Shown here: piece after piece, positions 39,781-48,318 of the stretch | How positions within the stretch are numbered: the first letter of the stretch is position 1 | Layout of the letters: each line of letters opens with the position of its first letter | Assembly: GCA_965226795.1 (NCBI GenBank) | Contig: CBDDDZ010000005.1 | Coordinates: 1,677,257-1,741,256 of the forward strand | DNA from: Candidatus Latescibacterota bacterium | GTDB taxonomy: Bacteria > Latescibacterota > UBA2968 > GCA-2709665 | Length of the DNA: 64,000 nt | Reading direction: 5' to 3' | Made by a program: the position numbers and the translations under genes | Notes under the pieces: generated by a model | What the model saw: the letters and a program-made list of their open reading frames with translations, nothing else | What the model was told of the DNA's origin: nothing | Database searches by the model: none

Positions 39781-39808
39781 TTGACAAATATACGCGTTTA
39801 TATATTTT
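39781..39808 (+). promoter_or_regulatory. Sigma70-like promoter (TTGACA ... TATATT/TATTTT) driving the lysine riboswitch-asd transcript
   Basis: TTGACA at 39781-39786 and an AT-rich -10 candidate 14-17 nt downstream. This is immediately 5' of the riboswitch. Confidence 0.4.
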
Positions 39809-39816
39809 TCTTCCGC

Positions 39817-40070
39817 TGCAAGGGTAGAGGCGCGGGTTTGCATCAGTAACCGGCAGTGGACGGCGGACCCACAACTGCCGGATGAAAGGGTAAACCTGCC
39901 GAAGTTCGGTACTCCCGCCGCCGGGATGGACGGGCTGGGCTGCTGGATAAGATCCAGCGGACTGTCATGGGAAACAGCGTCCCGTGGAGCGCTCTCTTGC
40001 GATGTGGCCATGCTGCGTTTCGATCGTAGCCGGCGATGTCTCTACCTTTGGACATGCCGGCTGTTTTTGT
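39817..40070 (+). ncRNA. Lysine riboswitch (L-box) with intrinsic terminator expression platform
   Basis: Hallmark elements are present in order: GGTAGAGGCGCG (39823-), GATGAAAGGGTAAACCTGCCGAAG, CTGTCA and GTGGAGCGCTCTC (P1 3' strand). A terminator follows: AGCCGGCGATGTC-loop-GACATGCCGGCT then GTTTTT (40028..40068). It lies upstream of asd. Confidence 0.75.
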
Positions 40071-40172
40071 GGCGCCTGTTCTCGCAAGAACGCAGACCGC
40101 GGATCTCCGGACCGGTGCACTCGTCGAAACTGCGGCGGGCTGCTGAAATCTCTCTCTCAGAAGGAACGGATT

Positions 40173-41255
40173 ATGGACAGACTCAAAGTAGGCATTCTGG
40201 GCGCGACCGGCATGGTCGGTCAGCGCTTCGTTTCATTGCTCGAAGACCACCCCTGGTTCGAAGTCGTCGCGGTTGCCGCCAGCCCTCGGTCGGCGGGCAA
40301 GACGTATCGTGAAGCCGTTGCAGGCCGCTGGACCCTTTCCACGGATATTCCTCCGGCCATTGCGGACCTGGCGGTAAGGAACGTCAACGAGGTGGAAACC
40401 ATTGCGGGTAAGGTCGATTTCGTCTGTTCGGCGCTCGATATGGATAAAGACGACATCCGCAACCTCGAGAACGCCTATGCCCGACGGGAAACGCCCGTGG
40501 CATCCAACAACTCCGCCCATCGGTGGACTTCGGACGTACCCATGCTCATGCCCGAGATCAACGCGGGGCACGTGGCCATCATCGAGGCTCAGCGCAAGCG
40601 TCTGGGCACCCGGTCCGGCTTTGTCGCCGTCAAGCCGAACTGCTCGATACAGCCCTATGTCCCTGCATTTGAGGCATTGGCGGACTTCAGGCCCCAAAGG
40701 GCATCCGTATGCACCTACCAGGCTATTTCCGGCGCCGGAAAAACCTTTCATTCGTGGCCTGAAATGGTCGATAACATTATCCCCTTCATTGGTGGGGAAG
40801 AGGAAAAGAGCGCCTTGGAACCACTGAAAATCTGGGGCGCGATTCGCAACGGCGAAATCCGGAACGCCAACGGCCCGATAATCTCCGCGCAATGCATTCG
40901 AGTGCCCGTCAGCGACGGACATATGGCGGCCACGTCGGTGTCGTTTGAATGTAAGCCCTCGCGGGAACAGGTTATCGATTCCTGGCGAAATTTCCAGGGG
41001 GATCCGAAGGCGGCCAACCTGCCGTCTTCTCCGAGGCCGTTCCTGACTTATTTCGAGGAAGAAGACCGCCCGCAGACACGGTTGGACCGGGATGCGGGCA
41101 ACGGCATGGGCGTGACGCTAGGGAGGCTGAGGGAAGACAACCTGTTCGACTACAGATTTATCGCCCTGAGCCACAACACGGTTAGGGGAGCGGCGGGCGG
41201 CGCCATTCTCATGGCCGAATTGCTTGCGGCGGAAGGTTATCTGCAGCCAAAATAG
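40173..41255 (+). CDS. asd: Aspartate-semialdehyde dehydrogenase
   Basis: ATG at 40173 with an AAGGA SD. N-terminus MDRLKVGILGATGMVGQRFV. An active-site Cys is present in the SGAGK region. Confidence 0.85.
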   Translation: MDRLKVGILGATGMVGQRFVSLLEDHPWFEVVAVAASPRSAGKTYREAVAGRWTLSTDIPPAIADLAVRNVNEVETIAGKVDFVCSALDMDKDDIRNLENAYARRETPVASNNSAHRWTSDVPMLMPEINAGHVAIIEAQRKRLGTRSGFVAVKPNCSIQPYVPAFEALADFRPQRASVCTYQAISGAGKTFHSWPEMVDNIIPFIGGEEEKSALEPLKIWGAIRNGEIRNANGPIISAQCIRVPVSDGHMAATSVSFECKPSREQVIDSWRNFQGDPKAANLPSSPRPFLTYFEEEDRPQTRLDRDAGNGMGVTLGRLREDNLFDYRFIALSHNTVRGAAGGAILMAELLAAEGYLQPK

Positions 41256-41409
41256 GAGCACGGTCCGGCAGCCGCGGCACGTATTGACCGGCACCGGGCG
41301 ACTCCGCCGGAAAGAAGAGTTGAGAAAAACATACCCCCTGGCGTACGACCGGCCGGATTCAGGAATCCAACTGCGTGTCGGCATCACCTGATCGCGGTTC
41401 CGGCGGTTC

Positions 41410-43911
41410 CTAGTGCGGAACACCGTGTCGGTGCAGCCGACGGTGTATGGCCTCCCTCGCCTCCGCAAACGGCCGCTCCAGATAGGCCATATGATCCTCC
41501 TCCCCGTGGTGATGGGTTACCTCTCCCGGCCTGTGCTGCCGGCTGTTACGGCGCATGTACGTTATGCAGCCGTCCACAAGTGTCAACATATACCGCGCAG
41601 TTTCGGAATCGAACATCCACCACTCGCCACCGCAGGCAATATACACCGGGGAGGTATGCGCCATAATCCCGCGCCCCCATCCGTCGAGGTGCGGCACCGC
41701 CCGGGAATAACCCGGTCCTCCGCACCGAGCGGCCAGCCAGGAATGCGCGCCCACCTTTATATCCGCTTTCAGGCTCAGCTTTCGCGCACCCCCCGATTCT
41801 TCCGTTGAAGCAACAACACGTCCATCCTGTACTATCTGCAACGTGTGGATGGGAAGCACGCACTCGGCTTCCGCAACCGCCTCGACAGTGCCGCCGTTAC
41901 CCGAAAGTCTGACTGTATCACCGATTTCGTGGCCGTCCACGGTGAACCGAATGATCGGCCCCCCGCTGTGAAAGGTTCGCCCGGCGGCCATGTTCCTGCA
42001 CCAGGTTTCGTAGGTGAACGGCTCATCCTCGGGAATCTTCACGTACGTCCTGTAAATGCCCACGGGAACATCGCTGCTCATCTTATCGGTACCGCCCACG
42101 AGCGGCAGCCTGTACCCGCTGTTGAGATACCGATAGTACTCGTTGTGATTGTACATCGTGTGTCGGAGCATCTCAACCGCGTCGGCCCTGCCCGTGGCGA
42201 TCAGCGTGGCCGGCTCGCCGTTGGGATTGGGTAAATGGGGAATGATTACCTTTCCGCCCTGTGCGTGACATCGATCAGCCCAATCCGACATCGTCACCTC
42301 CAGCGTACCGCCCATCTCCGCTTCCCCGGGGCCGTCGGAGCACCACGGCATCACGGTTTCTTTCAGACCGAGCAGAATCAGATGACCCAGAAAGTGCTGC
42401 CGGTTTTCCGATCCGACATAGACAATACTGCTCCCGTCCGGAGACACACTCGCTCTGCCGGTAAACTCCTCGGTGTTGGTAAAGAGGTCGCCCCACTGCG
42501 ACGGCAATAGATTGACAACGTTGAGATCCTCTCCCTGAGCCTCGGTGTGGCTTCCCTGTGTTGAAAGAAAATGGACATGCGAATCCCCGCTGAACCACCG
42601 CTCGTTATTCATGCTGCACCAGCGTTTCAGACGCAGTTCCAGTTCCCGCTGCCCGGATCTGATCTCCACCGCGGTGCGCAGCGGTTCATACTCGAATCCC
42701 CTGGCCACATCCACGATGACCTTCCCTCTGGGCAACCAGCCCTGACAGGTGCCGTTCGTATACGCGTACGTAATCTGACCCATCCGTACGTCGCCGCCCA
42801 CATCGATATGCCATGTGCCAAGGTTGGAATTCACGTGCGGATGGTGCCCGTGCGGTGCGTACGGTATCCCCTCTGGCGACCTGAAGTGCACCCGGCAAGG
42901 TACCGGTTTCCCCGTCTCGTCATCGATCACACGGGTGTGTACCCAGTTGCGTCCGCGGTTCACGACCTCGACCTTTAACGCGCGGGTCTCAACCGTACCC
43001 CGTTTCTCCAACTCCCCCCAGTTTATGGCGCCGAGTGTTTCGGAGCCCTGCATTACGGTGACGGTTGCGGAAGGAATCGCGGCCACCTCAACATAGGCGG
43101 GACTGCTCGCCGGATTTTGCGGTTCCCCCCAGCCCTTCCAATCGTCCATCAGGAAATCATCCGACGCCTGCGCCGGCAACGGATAGGGGTACGTGGCAAT
43201 CCCCCGATCCACCTTCACATCCAGGTCGAACGGTTTTTCAGCCTCCTTCTGCCTGGGCAGCGTTATCAACACTTCTCGCGGCGCCTCCCGTGAAAACGGA
43301 TGCTCGGGGGTATGACCCAGCGTGATGCCTCCAATGACAAACCGGGGACCAGCGGGAATCACCTCCAGGCGTTCAATCGTGCGGTCCGGGTGCGGATTCT
43401 TCCAGACCCAGAGGGTGAAGCTTTGCGAACGGCCCTGCACCGCCTCGGTCTGACGTCGTCCGGCGTCGCCCCACCTTCCTTCATGACGCGGCAGCATTCC
43501 GTCGGTCTGGTCCTGAACAGCGACGAACGGCAGCCCCGCAGACGCCGGTACTGTACCAATCTCGAACCGGTCCCGGATCAGTGCCGAAACGACGGCGCCG
43601 CCTGCGAGATGAAAGCGATATTCCGCGACGTGCTCACCTATCGGACCGTTGTCCGGAATCCGGGAATCGAGCAACCGGTGCGCCACAACCACCCGCAGCG
43701 CCGTCTTTTCTACCGGGACGGATACCGGTCGCTTCGATATCCCCCCGCCGAAACCCAGCAGACAGGGTGCTGCCTCCGTATCCGCGCGCCCGATCAAAAA
43801 CGGAAGCCCCTGGTAGTGCCGGACGCCGGCAGATACATCCGATCCGTCACCCAGATACTCCGGACCCGCGTTGCACACCTCGGACAGATCCAGCGGTTCA
43901 TATGCATCCAT
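41410..43911 (-). CDS. Two-domain metallohydrolase (amidohydrolase/PHP-like HxH...K...H...D C-domain plus ~400-aa N-terminal domain of unknown function), intact paralog
   Basis: 833 aa. It carries WFSGDSHVHF, LLGLKE, IIPHLP and GGTDKMS. It is a paralog of 35895..38414. Confidence 0.6.
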   Translation of the reverse strand: MDAYEPLDLSEVCNAGPEYLGDGSDVSAGVRHYQGLPFLIGRADTEAAPCLLGFGGGISKRPVSVPVEKTALRVVVAHRLLDSRIPDNGPIGEHVAEYRFHLAGGAVVSALIRDRFEIGTVPASAGLPFVAVQDQTDGMLPRHEGRWGDAGRRQTEAVQGRSQSFTLWVWKNPHPDRTIERLEVIPAGPRFVIGGITLGHTPEHPFSREAPREVLITLPRQKEAEKPFDLDVKVDRGIATYPYPLPAQASDDFLMDDWKGWGEPQNPASSPAYVEVAAIPSATVTVMQGSETLGAINWGELEKRGTVETRALKVEVVNRGRNWVHTRVIDDETGKPVPCRVHFRSPEGIPYAPHGHHPHVNSNLGTWHIDVGGDVRMGQITYAYTNGTCQGWLPRGKVIVDVARGFEYEPLRTAVEIRSGQRELELRLKRWCSMNNERWFSGDSHVHFLSTQGSHTEAQGEDLNVVNLLPSQWGDLFTNTEEFTGRASVSPDGSSIVYVGSENRQHFLGHLILLGLKETVMPWCSDGPGEAEMGGTLEVTMSDWADRCHAQGGKVIIPHLPNPNGEPATLIATGRADAVEMLRHTMYNHNEYYRYLNSGYRLPLVGGTDKMSSDVPVGIYRTYVKIPEDEPFTYETWCRNMAAGRTFHSGGPIIRFTVDGHEIGDTVRLSGNGGTVEAVAEAECVLPIHTLQIVQDGRVVASTEESGGARKLSLKADIKVGAHSWLAARCGGPGYSRAVPHLDGWGRGIMAHTSPVYIACGGEWWMFDSETARYMLTLVDGCITYMRRNSRQHRPGEVTHHHGEEDHMAYLERPFAEAREAIHRRLHRHGVPH

Positions 43912-43948
43912 TCCAGATTCCCCTTTGCCGCGACACGTCCGGTCGGTT

Positions 43949-44914
43949 CTACGTCACCCGGTTACGTGGGCGACCCTCCAGAAATGCGATGACATTGTCC
44001 ACCGCGCCGCCATTCAGCAGATTTACCCCTTCCGGGGTCATGTCGGCGCAATGAGGTGTCAACACGACCTGCTCGCAAGAAAGCAACGGATACGACGGCG
44101 GCACCGGCTCTTCGTCGTAGACGTCTATCGCCGCTCCTCCCAGATGCCCGGACCGTAGCGCTTCCACCAGCGCGTTTGTATCCACCACCGGGCCCCGCGC
44201 TCCGTTCACAAGGATCGCGCCTTTTTTCATCAGTCCGAATTCCCGCGCACCGATCATGCCACGGCTGTCTTCGGTAAGCGCCACATGCATGCTAACGACA
44301 TCGGCCTCAGCCAGCAATTCGTCCAACGTCACGAAACGCACGCCAAGCCTCCCTGCCCGTTCCGGCGATGGATTGTAGGTCCACGCGATCACATCCATCC
44401 CGATCGCACGTCCCAGTCTGGCCATCTCCGCCCCGATATTACCCGCACCCACGATGCCCAGCACTTTGCCCTGCAGGAATATGCCGTCCATCCTGGGCCA
44501 CTGACCCGCTTTTATCCGCGCCGTGAAGTATGCCGCCCGTTTCGCTGCGGCGAACATCAGTCCGAGCATGTGTTCGGCCACCACCGGCGCCGTTCGTCCC
44601 GGTTGATTGCAGATGACAATGCCTTGATCTCTGGCTGCTTCCAGGTCGAACATATCGGTACCTATCGAACAACTCGTAATCATGCGCAGATCGGGCAACC
44701 CTTCGAATTCCTTTCGACCCCACGTCACGACCCCTCGTGTGTTTATGATAACACCCGCCCCCTGCGCACGCTCGACTTTCTCTGCTGTCGATTCCGGCCT
44801 CGTATCGTACAATACCACCGGTCCGTAGGACGCCAAGCGATCCAGATGCGGAGATCCGGCAATCATCTCCGGATCGTCTCCGGGGACCAGCATCCGAACA
44901 GCTCCATCGGCCAT
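43949..44914 (-). CDS. D-isomer-specific 2-hydroxyacid dehydrogenase (glycerate/hydroxypyruvate reductase or PGDH-like)
   Basis: ATG at 44914 with a GGAGG SD. NAD-binding motif GIVGAGNIG. The catalytic R/E/H pattern fits the family. Confidence 0.8.
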   Translation of the reverse strand: MADGAVRMLVPGDDPEMIAGSPHLDRLASYGPVVLYDTRPESTAEKVERAQGAGVIINTRGVVTWGRKEFEGLPDLRMITSCSIGTDMFDLEAARDQGIVICNQPGRTAPVVAEHMLGLMFAAAKRAAYFTARIKAGQWPRMDGIFLQGKVLGIVGAGNIGAEMARLGRAIGMDVIAWTYNPSPERAGRLGVRFVTLDELLAEADVVSMHVALTEDSRGMIGAREFGLMKKGAILVNGARGPVVDTNALVEALRSGHLGGAAIDVYDEEPVPPSYPLLSCEQVVLTPHCADMTPEGVNLLNGGAVDNVIAFLEGRPRNRVT

Positions 44915-45108
44915 ATCCAGACCTCCAGCGTGGAAAAAAAGGACGCCGAGAATGCCGCACGCCTTACGATCGCCCTGCTTCCGGAACCCGAAAAACGGGA
45001 TCGAACCTTTTCCGATTACAGAATAAACGCCCCTGGACACGGATCGGTCCGCCGGGGAAGCTGGACCGCGCGGATGCACACATCCGCGCGGAGACCGTCT
45101 TAACATCC

Positions 45109-46299
45109 TCACCCGCCTGCCGGAATACGCGCCGGACCTTCAGATGCCAATGTGCCCAATGCGTCGAGCAACAGGTCGATCTCCTCTTCCAGGAGGAAGA
45201 ACGGCACGCTGGCGCGCAGGCCGTGTCTGGTCGTGTTGAATGCCTTGACGACAATGCGCCACCGCCCCCGCAGCGCATCCCTCACATCCGGAGGCCGCCA
45301 ACCCTCCAGGTTGAATCCGACGACGGCGGCGGACAGTCCGGAGGATAAAGGGGTGAACAGCGTGACACCCGGAATCCCGCTCAGCCCCTGCTTCAACCGG
45401 GTCGTTAGCGCTACGGTGCGCGCCCAGATCGCCTCCAGTCCGATATCCGACAGGTATTCCACCGCAGACGCCCACGCGTGAACAAGCGGCCATGACCAGG
45501 GTCCGAATTCAAACCTCTCTGTATTTTCCTTGAGCCTGAAACGATGTTCCCTGAAGTCCACCCACGCCTGCGACCGGCCACCAGCATAGGTAACACGGAT
45601 TTCATCACGGCTGTCCTCACGTGCGAACAACGCACCCGCGGCATACGGAGAATACATCCACTTATAGGAAAGAATTCCGGAAAAATCGCAGCCCACTTCG
45701 TTCAGATCAATCGGATACAATCCGGCGGAATGCGCCATGTCAAGAAACGTGATTACTCCGCGCTCCCTCGCAGCCGCACAGATCCGTTCGGCGGGCAGAC
45801 GGTACCCCGAGTCTGAAATCACATGACTCAGCCCGATCAGCCTGGTACGCTCCTTGATGCGCCCGAGAACCGCATCGACCTGTCCATCTACGTCGTCCAC
45901 CAGCGGTGCCCTGTCCACGATTACGCCGTACAGATCGCGCAAATGAAGACAGGGCACCAGCAGCGCCATCTCTTCCTCTTCCGAAATCAATATACGGTCT
46001 CCGGCCTTCCAATCCAGGCCACGAATGACGGTCTGAAACGCTTCGCTCACCCCGCGCATTAAAGCCAGATCACCGGCTGTCACGCCGAAAAATCGCCCCA
46101 GGCGTTCCTTGGACCGTTCCCGACGGGGATATTCCACGTCCGGAAACGCAATGTGCATCGGACCGCGTTCGAACAATTCCCGCATCAACCCCATATGTCT
46201 CTCGGCCACGGGCGCCGGGGTGATGCTTACGCCTCCGTTCTGGAACCACACATAGTTTTCCAGCGCCGGAAAGTCCGCCCTGATCTGCCCTATATTCAT
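45109..46299 (-). CDS. Class V aminotransferase (PLP-dependent; serine-glyoxylate/alanine-glyoxylate aminotransferase or cysteine-desulfurase-like)
   Basis: 396-aa fold-type I PLP enzyme with the lysine region SYKW. It overlaps the downstream dehydrogenase gene by 4 nt. Confidence 0.75.
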   Translation of the reverse strand: MNIGQIRADFPALENYVWFQNGGVSITPAPVAERHMGLMRELFERGPMHIAFPDVEYPRRERSKERLGRFFGVTAGDLALMRGVSEAFQTVIRGLDWKAGDRILISEEEEMALLVPCLHLRDLYGVIVDRAPLVDDVDGQVDAVLGRIKERTRLIGLSHVISDSGYRLPAERICAAARERGVITFLDMAHSAGLYPIDLNEVGCDFSGILSYKWMYSPYAAGALFAREDSRDEIRVTYAGGRSQAWVDFREHRFRLKENTERFEFGPWSWPLVHAWASAVEYLSDIGLEAIWARTVALTTRLKQGLSGIPGVTLFTPLSSGLSAAVVGFNLEGWRPPDVRDALRGRWRIVVKAFNTTRHGLRASVPFFLLEEEIDLLLDALGTLASEGPARIPAGG

Positions 46300-46401
46300 T
46301 CGTCAGCGCTCCACGCGTGAACTGGAATTCCGAAACCGGCGTCCGTTGCCGATCGGTTCAACCATGGTTGCCAGTCCTACCCCCCGCTGCGATTCACCGC
46401 C

Positions 46402-47367
46402 CTAACGCCAGTGTGCGGGCAGTATAACGTCTTTCAATCCGAAATGCCGCGCTATCCATTGCTCCTGGTAGACCCCATCCTTGTAACGCGAGTGTTCCGA
46501 GGCGCGAATCTCCGCCGGGCCCGGCATGCCATCGACCATCGCCCCAAACATTTTTCCGCTTCCCCACAGGAGGGTTGGCACCGTAATCCGAGGTGCGAAG
46601 AACAGGGGGTCGAAATAGGAAACCGTCCGGGCGACCTCCTCGCGGCGTTCCGGAAATTGCCTTAAATACTCGTTCACCTCCTCCAGCGGATAGCTTTCGG
46701 TGCCTGCCGCCCGATCCATGGTGCCGTAAAAGAATGACGGAGAAGCGACAAGATGGGTCAGGCCGCCGCGCAGAGCCGCGGACAGCAGAGGCATCTCGTT
46801 CTGGCCGATCCCCACGATGCGGCCGCGATCCGCTTCCGGCCGGGTGAGCACATAGTCCACGGCCCGACAACAATCGGCCACAATACTCCGCATAACGTAG
46901 GTTTCCGCATCTTCGATTCCGTCCACAAACAGACCCGGGAACGACGCCGCGTAGGGCTTATCCGCGTTCCTCTGTCCCCTGGCGGCCATGGCGAATACCA
47001 GGAACCGGCGGCGTTTCTCGCTTGCATCGCCCTGAGGCAGCGGTTCCACCACACTCTGCAGGCGCGTAAAATTCAACAGCGTCGGAAACGGGCCCTCCCC
47101 CCGGGGAATGCTCAAGTAGCCGAACAGCCGATAGGGTCCGATGCCGGTGAAACGCACCCCGTAGGTCGTTGAAAACTCGCTAGACAGAATCGGCATCATT
47201 TCCTCTTCCGGCGCAATGGGCGTGGCGTCCAGCGCTTCCGTCGTGCGATTCCAGTACGCTTCAAAATCATCGGGTCTGGCCGTAGTCGGCCGAAATTGGT
47301 CCGGCATTGACGAATTCTCCTGGCGCCCGGAGGGCAGTTGCATGCTGGCCCCCCGATTCGACATCAA
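46402..47367 (-). CDS. Acetyl xylan esterase/cephalosporin-C deacetylase (AXE1) family alpha/beta hydrolase
   Basis: AXE1-like N-terminal region (DFEAYWNRT). Its start overlaps the upstream paralog's stop (ATGA). Confidence 0.65.
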   Translation of the reverse strand: MMSNRGASMQLPSGRQENSSMPDQFRPTTARPDDFEAYWNRTTEALDATPIAPEEEMMPILSSEFSTTYGVRFTGIGPYRLFGYLSIPRGEGPFPTLLNFTRLQSVVEPLPQGDASEKRRRFLVFAMAARGQRNADKPYAASFPGLFVDGIEDAETYVMRSIVADCCRAVDYVLTRPEADRGRIVGIGQNEMPLLSAALRGGLTHLVASPSFFYGTMDRAAGTESYPLEEVNEYLRQFPERREEVARTVSYFDPLFFAPRITVPTLLWGSGKMFGAMVDGMPGPAEIRASEHSRYKDGVYQEQWIARHFGLKDVILPAHWR

Positions 47368-48293
47368 GGATGAATTTTCAGATGTTTCTCGAAAAACGCT
47401 TCAATCACTTTACTATGCTCCACGCTGCCCGCATCGTGGGCGTGGCCGTCGTACGCATACATCCGCTTGTTATTCGATGCGATTGCCCGAAACGCCGCGT
47501 ACCCGGTTTCAGGAGGGCAAATATTGTCCTGTAGTCCCACGTTCACGATAATCGGACACGAAATTTGCGGCCCGAAGTGAATCCCGTCGAAATAGGCCAG
47601 CGTCTCCCGCACTGAGGGCTCCCTCTCGGAGTAGAGCCTCAGATAGTCCCGTATTTCCTGGTAGGGGTAGGTATGTGTCAGCTGGATTGCATCCATAAAC
47701 CCGCACAGATACGGCGCTCCAGCGGCCCCGGCCCTGGGTTCCCGGAGGGCAGCGACCACAAACGTCAATCCGCCTCCCTGGCTGCTGCCGGTTACACCGA
47801 TCCGCTCTGAGTCCACCTCTTCCCGGCTGGCCAGAAAGTCGAACGCGCGCACGGCGTCGATATAAAATCCGCGATAGGAATAGGTATTCCGATCCACAAT
47901 ATTGTGTGTCAACAATCCCGGATATCCGGGGTTGAACTGCCCGTTACTCCTGAGTTTTCCGCGCGGCGCGACGCTGAAAACCGCATAACCCCCTTTGGCC
48001 GCCTGTTTTGGCAATTCCGGCTCCCCGATATATCCTGGCACCTTCAGGATCGAAGGCAGCGTCCCCGTGCGCGACGCGGGCAGGCAGTACCAGCCCGCAA
48101 TCCTGACACCGTCGATACTGTCAAAATGGACTTCGAATACATCCACTTCGGGCGTCGACCTGAGTAGGCTGCGCACCACGGATGCGTTCAGGGGAATACG
48201 GTCCGCGGTGTCGAGCACATCGTCCCAAAAAGCATCGAAATTGTGCGGACGCACCATTGATGTACCGTAATTCTCTATTGCAATTCTTTCCAT
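47364..48293 (-). CDS. Acetyl xylan esterase (AXE1) family alpha/beta hydrolase
   Basis: N-terminus DFDAFWDDVL, nucleophile elbow GSSQGG and a catalytic His near the C-terminus. Confidence 0.75.
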   Translation of the reverse strand: MERIAIENYGTSMVRPHNFDAFWDDVLDTADRIPLNASVVRSLLRSTPEVDVFEVHFDSIDGVRIAGWYCLPASRTGTLPSILKVPGYIGEPELPKQAAKGGYAVFSVAPRGKLRSNGQFNPGYPGLLTHNIVDRNTYSYRGFYIDAVRAFDFLASREEVDSERIGVTGSSQGGGLTFVVAALREPRAGAAGAPYLCGFMDAIQLTHTYPYQEIRDYLRLYSEREPSVRETLAYFDGIHFGPQISCPIIVNVGLQDNICPPETGYAAFRAIASNNKRMYAYDGHAHDAGSVEHSKVIEAFFEKHLKIHP

Positions 48294-48318
48294 TCACCCT
48301 CCTTCCGACACCGAATAG

